Shown here: in pieces, positions 26,701 through 36,170 of the stretch
How the letters are laid out: each line of letters begins with the position of its first letter
Numbering within the stretch: position 1 is the stretch's first letter
Made by a program: the position numbers and the translations under genes
Assembly (NCBI GenBank): GCA_905178155.1
Contig: CAJINV010000017.1
Span: 550,722 to 614,721, forward strand
Direction of reading: 5' to 3'
Source: Amoebophrya sp. A120
Taxonomy: Eukaryota > Protista > Dinoflagellata
DNA length: 64,000 nt
Notes under the pieces: generated by a model
Database searches by the model: none
Told to the model about the DNA's origin: nothing
What the model saw: only the letters and a program-made list of their open reading frames with translations

Positions 26701-28597
26701 GGTGGAAATCGACCAGACCACTGGGAACTTGGGGTACTATGTATGATGTTGACTACAGATCATGCATATAGTTGCACGTTTTGAATTGCTACTGCATGGC
26801 AAAGGCGAGAGGCTCGCGTCGCAGCAGCTTGCATGAAGACCATTAGATGGACAATCAGCAAACAGTGGCTTTTATTTTTGTTTTCAATTTTTCCACTATG
26901 TTGCCATCAGATACTCTACTATCCTGATTCGCGGGGACGAAAAATCAATGGCGGTTGCGGTGGATATTATCACGAAGGACTACGTGTTCAAGGGCGAAAA
27001 TTCCCACTTGTTTGTCGAGATGATGGCCGAGTGGATGTGCCACCCGTCGGTGTGGCAGAAGCACATGGCCGCCCGCGCCGCGGGCCTGTTTGTGCCGCCC
27101 CCGACGATCCTTCCCGGCCCCGCGCCCTTCGAGGGGCTGACCAACCCAAACGACAAGAAGGGGAAGAAGGGGAAATATTACAATGAAAAATACCCCCACC
27201 CCCGAACTTGAAAGCATTTGTATTGCAAACCTTTCCAAATGAAACATTCGCCCTCTTGCATGTATCAGCATCACAGATTTCCGATCGTGAATAGCAAAAA
27301 TTTGTATCGGATATTGATAAATATTCTTGAACTTTCGGACTCCCGCGCCCCCTTTGAATCTTCTCAAAAAAAACGAAGGGCGCGCCGGACATTCTTCTCA
27401 AGAGAAAAAGAGCGGGCGCGAGAAAGTTGAGGAATTATTAGCACGACCCACAGCATTTTTCGGATTCAACAAGGGGCCCGGGGACGCACTCCCATTTGTT
27501 TAGTAATATTTATCGACATCCGATTGCAAAAGATCCCAGCAAGAGCGGCGCTTGTCATGCAAGCGATGCGAAACACGACTAGAATCTGCATCAGAAAGAT
27601 TCATACTCCTTTCATGCATGACAAAAAGTTTTCATTTGGAAACTTCGCATCACAAATTTTGGCAACTTTGGGGGTGGGGGGTGCTTTTCATTGTAATAGG
27701 AAAAAGGGCAAGAAGGACGGGGACGCGAAGGGCAGGGGCAAGAAGGGGAAAGACAAGGACGGGAATCCGATCCCCCATGACAAAAATCCGTTCGGCGGCG
27801 ACCCCAGCAAGGGCCCCCCCGGGGGGCCCCACCACCCCTTCGGCGCCGACCCGTTCGGTAAGGGGCCCCCGCCCCACCCGGGGATGGGCGGCCCGCACCC
27901 CGGTATGGGCTTTCCGATGGACCCCCACTTGATGCACATGAAGGGCGCGGGCATGCCGCCGCACTTGCTGCACGCCGGATTTCCACCCGGAGCGCCGCCA
28001 GGAATGGATCCGATGATGATGGGTATTTTCGTTATTTCTCATTTTTTTCTTTTCAATAGCACAGTGCTCCTGCATGAAGATCAAGATGTCCGGATGTTGG
28101 GAAGTTCCATTCTTGCTCCGCACGCCCTGTCACAGGGCTTGTGGCACTACTGGTTGGTTCTTCCTCGCGACAACTGGAAAACACAAATTCCTTCTACAAA
28201 TTCAGGCAAACCCGGCATGGATAAGGGCAAGGGTTTCGGCATGCCCCCCTTCGGCGGGGATTTCGGCTTCGGAAAGGACCCGTTTGGCAAGGGCAAGGAC
28301 CTGTTTGGGAAGGGCAAGGACCCCTTCGGGAAGGGAAAGAAATTCGGCGGCGACCCCTTCAAGGGGGGTAAGCCCGACCCCTTCAAAGGTGGCGACCCCT
28401 TCAAAGGCGGCGCCCCCTTCCCCGGCGGACCCCCTCCGCCGCACTTTCCTCCCGGCGGCAAAATGGGTTTTGAGCATGGCTCCCCAAACAGCAGCCGACC
28501 CGGCATCGGCGAAGGCGGAACCCCTATCGGTGGCGGCATGCCACCACAGCAGTTTCCACCGCAAGGAGGAGGCCAGGCACCCATGATGATCGGGTAG
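23719..28597 (+). CDS. KH-domain RNA-binding protein with G/P/K/F-rich C-terminus; ~6 canonical and 3 introner introns
   Basis: KH signature VDKIGLLIGRGGSKVKEIQESTG-AEVVI; second KH-like repeat ENLKVIEEESGAEVEI; repeated KGK/DPFKG C-terminus. Confidence 0.85.
24827..25132. mobile_element. Introner/MITE family B, 306 bp, TSD GGATC
   Basis: TIRs TATTACAATGAAAAATGCCCCCACCCC ... GGGGTGGGGGGTATTTTTCACTGTGATA; removal gives QQAGGSSTSLL in frame. Confidence 0.92.
25166..25427. mobile_element. Introner/MITE family A, 262 bp, TSD AAACG
   Basis: Perfect ~31-bp TIR TATCAAATGTAAAAATGTCTGGGTCTGGAAG; removal gives LVNET|STFPIP in frame. Confidence 0.93.
27176..27698. mobile_element. Introner/MITE family B, 523 bp (contains a nested element), TSD GGAAA
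   Basis: Highly similar to 24827..25132 apart from a 217-bp insertion; removal gives KKGK|KGKKDG in frame. Confidence 0.92.
27308..27522. mobile_element. Nested MITE, 215 bp, 2-bp AT duplication
   Basis: TIRs CGGATATTGATAAATATT ... AATATTTATCGACATCCG. The empty site TGTATTGC is present in the paralogous copy at about 24954-24961. 215+2 equals the length difference between the two B copies. Confidence 0.88.
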
Positions 28598-29304
28598 AAT
28601 CGTCCGACACCACTTGACCGACACCTCTCGACGACGACGACGATGTCTACTTCAGGCTCTTCATCTCGATGCAGCTGTGAAGATGATATCCGTACGACAC
28701 AACGAAACGACAGCGGGTGCGTGGTCTTCAGGAGGAAAAAAATGAAACGCACCTTGCTGCGACAATCTGACGTCTTTAGAAGTCTCGTATAGTACATCAT
28801 GGCGAATGAATTCGAACGATCCTGAGAATATTGAAGCTACGAAGGTACAAATCCTAGCCGCGAAACAGTCGGCGGCAAGCGAGTATCTATTCTGGTAGCC
28901 GAAGCGCTACACGACCTGCGGGTAACTTGATGAACGCAGCAAAGCTGTTGTTCCGGTTCCATGCTTTAGCAACTAGGGAAGTAGTCGTGCAAGTCGAAGC
29001 CCTTTTTAGTGACAATACACTTCTTCATCGCTATGTTTTTTCTCTCTATGTATTTGATGTTCTAGATCTTGTTCTTCGCAGGAAAATTTGATGAGTGTTG
29101 TTCTACTTCGCCTCTTCACCTGAGTTCTTCTTTTTCTCTACTTCTACACTCACAGAGCATATCAATGGCGTTTTTTTAGGCCGGCGTTCTCTTTTTGCGT
29201 TTTGCAGCGTCGTCGTCTGAAGCTTCAGGTTGGAATCGTCCAGTGAAACTTACTTCGAAATATATCTTCTGCTTGCAACGACGAAGTCCACATACCGTGC
29301 GACC

Positions 29305-30792
29305 ATGACGGAAGTGCATCGATCTGATGCGCCCAAAAACTGGTCCGTATGCTCTTCGAGTTTTCGAAGTTGTCGCGCATTTTCGTCTTCGTCAAGCTCA
29401 AGAACGATGACAGGTGTCAAGAACTTCGTGCAGGCTGCGAGTGCGTGGACGAGAAATCTTTACTCGTGTGAGATCAACCCTCGCCCACATGTCCGCCGAC
29501 ATGAAGGGCCGCCACCTCGAAGTCCTTGTGACAAAGCTCTGCTCACAAAAACGTCGACTACCCTGGCAGCAGTTGTGGCCTTCTTCACAAGTCGTTTCTT
29601 GAGTCCCTTTATTTTGACCTTTTTGCCTCTGGTACAACTAGTACAGCAAGCCACCACACCAGCGGCGGCGATCACCTACGCGGGAAAGCCGCACCAGCCG
29701 TACCCACACTGTTTGGAAAAGGACGTGGTGATTCGAAATGCCGGCCGAGCGCTGTTCCTCAACATGGGTGCGTTTGGGGCGATTGAGGGCTGTTACAACG
29801 ACGACTGCACGATGACGGACAAGTTTGCGGCACCGGATTTCGAGACCTGTATCAATATGTGCTACACAATTCCGGAGTGTACCTGGTGGTCGTTCGGGAC
29901 GGAAAAGTCGGATAACATGACAAAGTGCTGTAGGGGAATGTCAGGTTTGAAATCGTCAAAGTTGAAATGATTTGCAATGCTGCATGAAATCTTCGATACC
30001 AGGCCGGAGTCAGATTCCTAAGCGGCGCTGGACGACAAATTTTGGCAGGGACTAGATCCAGTCCTCTGTCATGCTGTTTGGCGGGCAATGGGGCTTCACT
30101 TCTCTTGTCGTGCCACTAAAGCAGCTGCATCTTCAACCCCAACAGGCTAGGCATACAATCAAATCGCCCTCAGTTGTTGCATGCTCTCCAATACAGGTAG
30201 ACTGTGCGGCGCTGCATCTTATTCTATTCATCATTTACTGGTGGCGCTTACGTATCTATCTTCATATATATAAGTGGTAGTACATTTTATGCATTGGCGG
30301 GCGTTTTCTGTGGCGTTTCCGTTTGGGTATTCTTTGGTGCACTTTATGCATTCCAAATCTTGTCAACTTTGTCGATTTCGATTTTGTCGCCTCCATATTT
30401 TGGATACGCGTGGCGGACGACGGACGGGAGGAGCTCGGTGAAGGGTCGGGCTTCGTTTCCGGGGCGAAAGTAGATTTTGGCTTTTCATCGTTTTTTTTTC
30501 ACCAGCGCTGCTGCAAAAAATACTTAAGCAAAAACATATTACACTATCGCAAACCATTTCTATTCAATCTATGATTGCGTCGATTTGTTCTCGTTCTGGT
30601 TCTCACGACCAGGTCTGCCTCCCGGAGACGGTGAAAGAATACCCGATGGGTAATGCAGGATGCTGGATCGACGGGTTTGACTACGACATGTGTTGTGACC
30701 CAAAATTCGGCTCCGCGGGCAACACGCAGTGCTGGGACGGTCACTTTTCGCACGAGCGCTGCTGCGTTTCCCCAGAGCAGATAAGGAGGTGA
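29305..30792 (+). CDS. PAN/Apple-domain, Cys-rich probable secreted or surface protein (3 exons, ~290 aa; start uncertain)
   Basis: Spliced sequence CINMCYTIPECTWWSF...KCWIR...GFVSGAK fits the Apple pattern, followed by CWIDGFDYDMCC...CWDGHFSHERCC. Exons 29305-29930, 30403-30469 and 30613-30792. Confidence 0.72.
29931..30397. mobile_element. Degenerate introner family C, 467 bp, imperfect TSD TGCTG/TTTTG
   Basis: Left end TAGGGGAATGTCAGGTTTGAAATCGTCAAAGTTGAAAT; right end TCAACTTTGTCGATTTCGATTTTGTCGCCTCCATA. Removing the element plus 5 nt completes the Apple domain. Confidence 0.8.
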
Positions 30793-31261
30793 TACAGTTG
30801 TAGGCTTCATGACCGGCGCGAAATGTAACTTCCACTTCTTTTTACTTTATCTATTGATAAAAAAAAGTAAACCATGACCCTCACGTATGACTACAAAATG
30901 AACCAGGCGCAAATTAATTGTCGAAGAAGCGGAGCAAGATGGTGAAAATGCAAAAACTTTCTACACTAAGATCTGTGTTTCCGCTGTCGCAATCATGCCA
31001 GCAACGATGAAAATGATAAACCAGAGCTCGCGTAGTTACAGAAACTGCCCCACGACAAGCGTAAGCGCCCTAAACAATTTTGCAGCACTGCAGTGTCGGC
31101 TTTGATATGCTTATGTCCTCGAAATGGCAATCAATACATCCTCTGCTTGGCTGTAATCAACAGTCGCCGACATCGAGACCTAAAATAAGAATTTTCTACA
31201 CCTCCTCGTCTAGTAGATTGATACTACACCCACACAGTTGTAGTGCCCAAAATCATAGTAC

Positions 31262-32086
31262 ATGATGTCGGACCCGGCGACCGTCTCTTTTCTCCGCGAC
31301 CTTTCGGCGCCGCCCGAGCACGCATGGACGCGCGCAGCCGATGTTGCTGATTGGATGACACGAATGCAGCAGCAGTACGACCACCTGACCCGGCAAAACC
31401 TCCTGGACGCCCGGGAAAGGGAAAAGTTCCAAATCGTAAAAAGGCAAGTGGAGCAGCAGTGGAAAGAGTTGCAGAAGCAGGAACTGCTGTTGACAGGTGG
31501 AGGTGGAGGAAAAAATAAATCGTCATCCTCTTCGTCCTCGCCGAAAAATAGTGACGGAATAAACAGTACTAGGCAAAATGACAGCCACGACAGCGGCAAC
31601 CAGCGACAAAGAAACCAGTCGGAGAGGGAGGAACTAACGATCTTAAAACAGCGCACCCAGCAAGCGACCGAGCAGATGTCTTTAACCCAGAAACAGCTGG
31701 AAAAACAAGCGGAAAAGCTTACCGAAATGCAGCAAATCTTTGCTGATTTCGACTTCTCCCTGCAGGGTGCGGGCAAGGCGATGCTCCTGCTGAAGGCAAA
31801 GGCGAACGCCGATGCGAAGTACGTCTACGCTGCGTTTTACTTCTTCGTCGCCGTTTGCGTGCATATAGTGCTCCGCCGGTTGAAAGTGTACTTCTTCGCC
31901 AGCCTGTTTCTGTTCGACCTGCTGCAACCCGTGTTGATAATGCTCTGGGACGTGCTGGCTCCGTTGCTTTTTGGAGAGGAGGCTTCAGCTGGGCTGGTAG
32001 TGAAAGAAACCCTGGAGCAGGACAGGACGATACTCGCCGCCAGCAGAAATCAACCGCAAGCGCACGGCTCGTTCGGGGAATTGTAG
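31262..32086 (+). CDS. Sec20-like SNARE (coiled coil plus transmembrane segment)
   Basis: Heptad region TQQATEQMSLTQKQLEKQAEKLTEMQQIF followed by DAKYVYAAFYFFVAVCVHIVLRRL, which resembles the Sec20 C-terminal TM signature. Confidence 0.62.
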   Translation: MMSDPATVSFLRDLSAPPEHAWTRAADVADWMTRMQQQYDHLTRQNLLDAREREKFQIVKRQVEQQWKELQKQELLLTGGGGGKNKSSSSSSSPKNSDGINSTRQNDSHDSGNQRQRNQSEREELTILKQRTQQATEQMSLTQKQLEKQAEKLTEMQQIFADFDFSLQGAGKAMLLLKAKANADAKYVYAAFYFFVAVCVHIVLRRLKVYFFASLFLFDLLQPVLIMLWDVLAPLLFGEEASAGLVVKETLEQDRTILAASRNQPQAHGSFGEL

Positions 32087-32704
32087 CAGCGGAGGAGGTG
32101 GTGGTCAGCCACATTGAGGACCCCGTTAAGACAGTTGGACGAGCACAATAACGGCCTTGTAGTCATTCTCCATTTCCAAGAAAACGAAATGAATACTCGA
32201 ATCAAAAACGAAACGACTACGACAACGCATATTTGTTTACTGTGAAGTAAGGAGAGAACGCTCACAATGTACAACCAAACGGACGTTGATAACAATCGGA
32301 TGTAATATACCAAAAGCTTCATCGGCTTCGGCACGAGAACTAGATGGAGTGCCATGAGTATACATGACGAGTGTACATGTTGCTGCTCAGGTAGATTTAT
32401 TTCATCGTTGTAGGTCGTCGTATGGGAGTCAGTCGGTTTTTCTGAATCCGAGTTGCTTGTACTCGTATTGTTTGAGTGAATGACTGCATTCGTTTTCGTT
32501 GCATGATAAAAGAGAAGGGTCGCAACATTTTTTAGCGGGCGATTTTTTTTGTCACACTAAGTTACTTAGTTAGCACTGATTAGCAGGGAAGTAGGAATAG
32601 GATGAAGAAGAGCTACGAGATTGCAGCATCAACAACGCAGCTGAGCAGGTCTTGAAGCACTAGCAGTGATGTTGTCTGGACAACAAACACAACCTTTCTC
32701 GAGC

Positions 32705-35360
32705 ATGTTTCCACGTCAAGCCCGCCTGGGCTTGTCAGCTTTGTTACTTCTGGCGCCGGAGAAAACTGCTGCTCGCGAAGTGGTTGATGTCGGCACCGAT
32801 GGCCTAGCAACATCCCGAACGGATTGGATGGAGGACGGGTACGACGAGCACTCCCCTTCCGCCCCTGCTGCGGACGCCGAAGGACCGGGAGAAGAGAACA
32901 ATAGGCACCCGTCTTCAGCATCTTTAGCATCCTCGGCTTTTTCGCAAATGCACGGCATCCCAAACTTCTCGACGCCGGCGGATCCCGTTTCCAACACGCG
33001 ACCCGTTTGGGAGGACAAACTGCGATCAGCTCGCTTCGAGGGCGAATGGATGGCGTACGTTGTCAGCACCACCTCGATGGAGGAGCAGCTACTGGGAAGT
33101 GTTACTGTTGACGAGCTGTGGAAACTGCAGGTACTGATAAGAATTCTCCTTGGAGAAGGAAAATGTAGTTAAATTGGAAAACTTCTCATGAACGATTCAG
33201 ACATCAGAACCTCAAAAAAAATTCTATATTATAAATACGTATATATCTGTATCACACGGCTAAACGCTTCACTTTTAAAAACCTCACTTGCTAAAAAAAA
33301 AATTTTTTTTAGTGAGGTTTGACGCTGTTGCTTACAGCATCGGCAGCTACGTGCCGACGGCGGCGATTGCGGCGCCTGCACCTTCTGGATCAGTGGAAGG
33401 ACGACTGAGCCTTGCTTTGGGGGGCAGAGATTGGCTTTTGACTAGTGAAGACGCCACGACTTATAATTCTGAGAGCGAAAGTTCCACAGAGTCTTCATTT
33501 GAGTAAGATGAAAGCAAAAAGTCAACTTTTGTGAACGAAAAAGTGAAAAAGTCGACGACTTGAAAGTAAAATGAATCAAGCGTCATTTTTTTGAGCGTAG
33601 CACCGGCCGAAGAATTCGCAAAAATCCAAAAACTGGCTCCGGGGGCAGTTGATTCATTTTCGCCGTTTTTGGCCACCGTAGAATCGGCGCGAGCTCTCAA
33701 AAGCGAGCACTTTTGAAAATCGTCGAAATGGTGCATCAAAGCGATGCTTTTGCGAAAAGTGCTATGGTTTTGAGGCATTTCTGGAAAGAACATAGGTGGG
33801 ATTGTCATTTGATTCACCTCTCAAAACTGGCCTTTTTTGGTGGCCCGAAAGTGACTCCTTTTTCGAGGCCTTTTGGGTTGGAGCTTAGGCGTGGCTGACA
33901 AACGATTCACCTTCTCGAGGCAGCTGCTTTGCTTTCAGAGATCCAAAAAAACACCAAAAAAAAATTTTTTTTAATGAGTGAAGTTTTTAAGCGTGAAGCG
34001 TTTAGCCTTGTGATAATCTGTTGTAGTTTCGTGGCCAGTCAAGATGTCTGATCGATGCAGCCCTCCTGCTTTATGTACTTCTTGCACGAGAAAGCGTACG
34101 TAGAAACAGAAATAAACTTCTATGCCGCTCAGATACTGAAGCGGAAGTTCCAGCTCCAATTTCCCGGCCTCCTGCTCAATTTCGGCGCGTACCGGTTGGG
34201 CTTGAACGTTTTGAACTTCGATACCGACAACAACTACCGGCTTAGCAACGAGGAGTTCGCGAGGTTTTTTGAGCACCAATTGCAATTGTACCGCGCGCAG
34301 CTGCTGATTTCGTCCTCACCGTCTAACACCACCGAGATGCTGAACACATCAGCCTTGGCAAAAATAAACAACACTAGCATGACGGACGACGCGGCGTTTT
34401 GTTTCTCGCAGTTTGACACGGACCAAATACCGGTTGCCGAGCTTGTCGCCGCGGCCTGTTTGCAACAGTTCCCGGCTGACCCTACGGCAGCAAAGATCAC
34501 CAACGCCACAGCAGGCGACCCGTCGTCGACATTGGAGACGGGGATCAGCAGAACAAAGTGGTCGCTTTCGGACTACAACCCCTTTTCGACGTGCTCCTTT
34601 CCAAGCGTCGCGAGCTGTGGCGAAAATTTGTGTGGTATGAACGGACAAAATACGAGAAAAATCCTGTAATGGCATATAGCTATAGCACTACGAGTACGAG
34701 AATGACACGGGAGGGGACGTCGAGAATGACGCGAGAAGGGTTCTCGCGGGGCTTTGCATCATCATGAAACCCCTTCTTGCCATTCTCCCGAAAAGTAATG
34801 CTTTCACGAGAATGGGACGGCATCGGCATCGGATTTCACGCCAAAACTTAGCCCCTGCGAGAATGATCATTCCCACCCACCCTTTTTCGAGCCCCCCGTG
34901 TCCTTTTCGTAGCGTTGTATGCTATTACAGGAGTTTTTCCCTATTTCGTCCGTTCATATTGTGTGGCATTCGCGAATGCGTGGGGTCTCGTGTGCTCGGC
35001 GCGGCCGAATGGCAGCGCCATAACGAAGAGGTGGATCGCGAAAACGCCCGACGAAAAAAGGAGGAGGAGCGCGATGAGCGCTTCCGAGAGGAAACAAGGA
35101 GGAATGAAATCGGAAGGATTGCCCGGGAGAAAGACAGCGAAAAACGAGAACGGATGAAGAAGGCGTACATCAACCGGTATGGAGAACCACAACCACGGGA
35201 AGAACCACATTGGGATGTTGTGCGAGAAGTCGCCCGAAACGGAAAAGAGCAAAACCCGCAGCAAAGGCGAACTATGCAGGCTTTGAACGTTTTCAGAAAC
35301 CACGAGCAAAGCCAAAACGGGCTGTGGCCATTTTCAAGAGACACCGAGACCGAGAAATAA
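32705..35360 (+). CDS. Hypothetical protein with signal-peptide-like N-terminus, an EF-hand-like loop and a charged C-terminus (3 exons, ~464 aa)
   Basis: Exons 32705-33130, 34061-34635 and 34967-35360 sum to 1395 nt; loop FDTDNNYRLSNEEF. Confidence 0.68.
33250..34015. mobile_element. 766-bp TIR element, TSD ATCTG, inside canonical intron 33131..34060
   Basis: ~60-bp imperfect TIR TATCACACGGCTAAACGCTTCAC ... GTGAAGCGTTTAGCCTTGTGATA; ATCTG on both sides. Confidence 0.88.
34636..34958. mobile_element. Introner family G, 323 bp, 8-bp TSD TTGTGTGG
   Basis: TIRs TATGAACGGACAAAATACGAGAAAAATCCTGTAAT ... ATTACAGGAGTTTTTCCCTATTTCGTCCGTTCATA; removal gives ENLCG|IRECVG in frame. Confidence 0.9.
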
Positions 35361-36170
35361 AAACGAAGATTCAAGGTGGTTTTACTTAAGAAATCAATCT
35401 TTTGATTTGTCTTCGGAAGGTGTAGAGTCAACATTTTCGACAGCGCATCGTGATGAGAAGTATGAGTATCACTGATCGTTATCAGTATAACAAACTTTTG
35501 CTCCATGAAGATCACTCTCGGTGAACAGAGAAGGCCGTCAACGCAGTCTCGTTGTTCAAGAGAGTCGTCCTTCGTGATCGATCACCCACGATCCCGCATA
35601 TTTATGTCTATCAGCAACAGAGATGAACCACGCACACTTTCATCATCCGGTCTTTTCGCATGCGTGGAAGTTTCAACAGCTCTTTCACTATCTGTCATCT
35701 CCTCGTGAATAGATTTCAACAACTCCGTACCTGTTACTGCTAGCCAAGGTCGAGGTCGTGGTGCTGGTCGCCATACTGCTGTGTGCATATTCAGCAAACG
35801 CGCTGCGACAGCGCTTTTGGATTTTGTCGATCACCCGGGGACGTGCAGTACCTAACCTGTCCGTCCTTGACATTTTAAGTAATAATTCACATTCCTTCGG
35901 CCTTGTAGTTTTCTTCCCAAAAATGTTTCGTGGTCCTCGTTCTTTCATTGGATCGACGATCTCATTTACTTTGTCAGATCTTCTGGTTGCGGGTTGAAAG
36001 CGAAAGAGTGATCCGGGCGTTCTTCACCAAGAAAATGCTAAAGCATTTACCAGTGGCTGTCGTGGCACGACCATTTATTCAAATGCGCCTACAGCTCTGT
36101 GTCCCGCGCATAAGTCGAACGTAAATTTTAGCTTGTCCACACACGATCATCGACGCGATCATTTTGAAAG

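Noticed and set aside
24869-27430. Duplicated small ORFs (MYCKxFQMKHSPSC..., MQKIPARA..., KCKNVWVWK...)
   Set aside because: These are chance translations of repeated introner sequence, not proteins.
28147-28800. Long minus-strand G/P-rich ORFs here and opposite other GC-rich exons
   Set aside because: They are antisense shadows of GC-rich + strand coding sequence.
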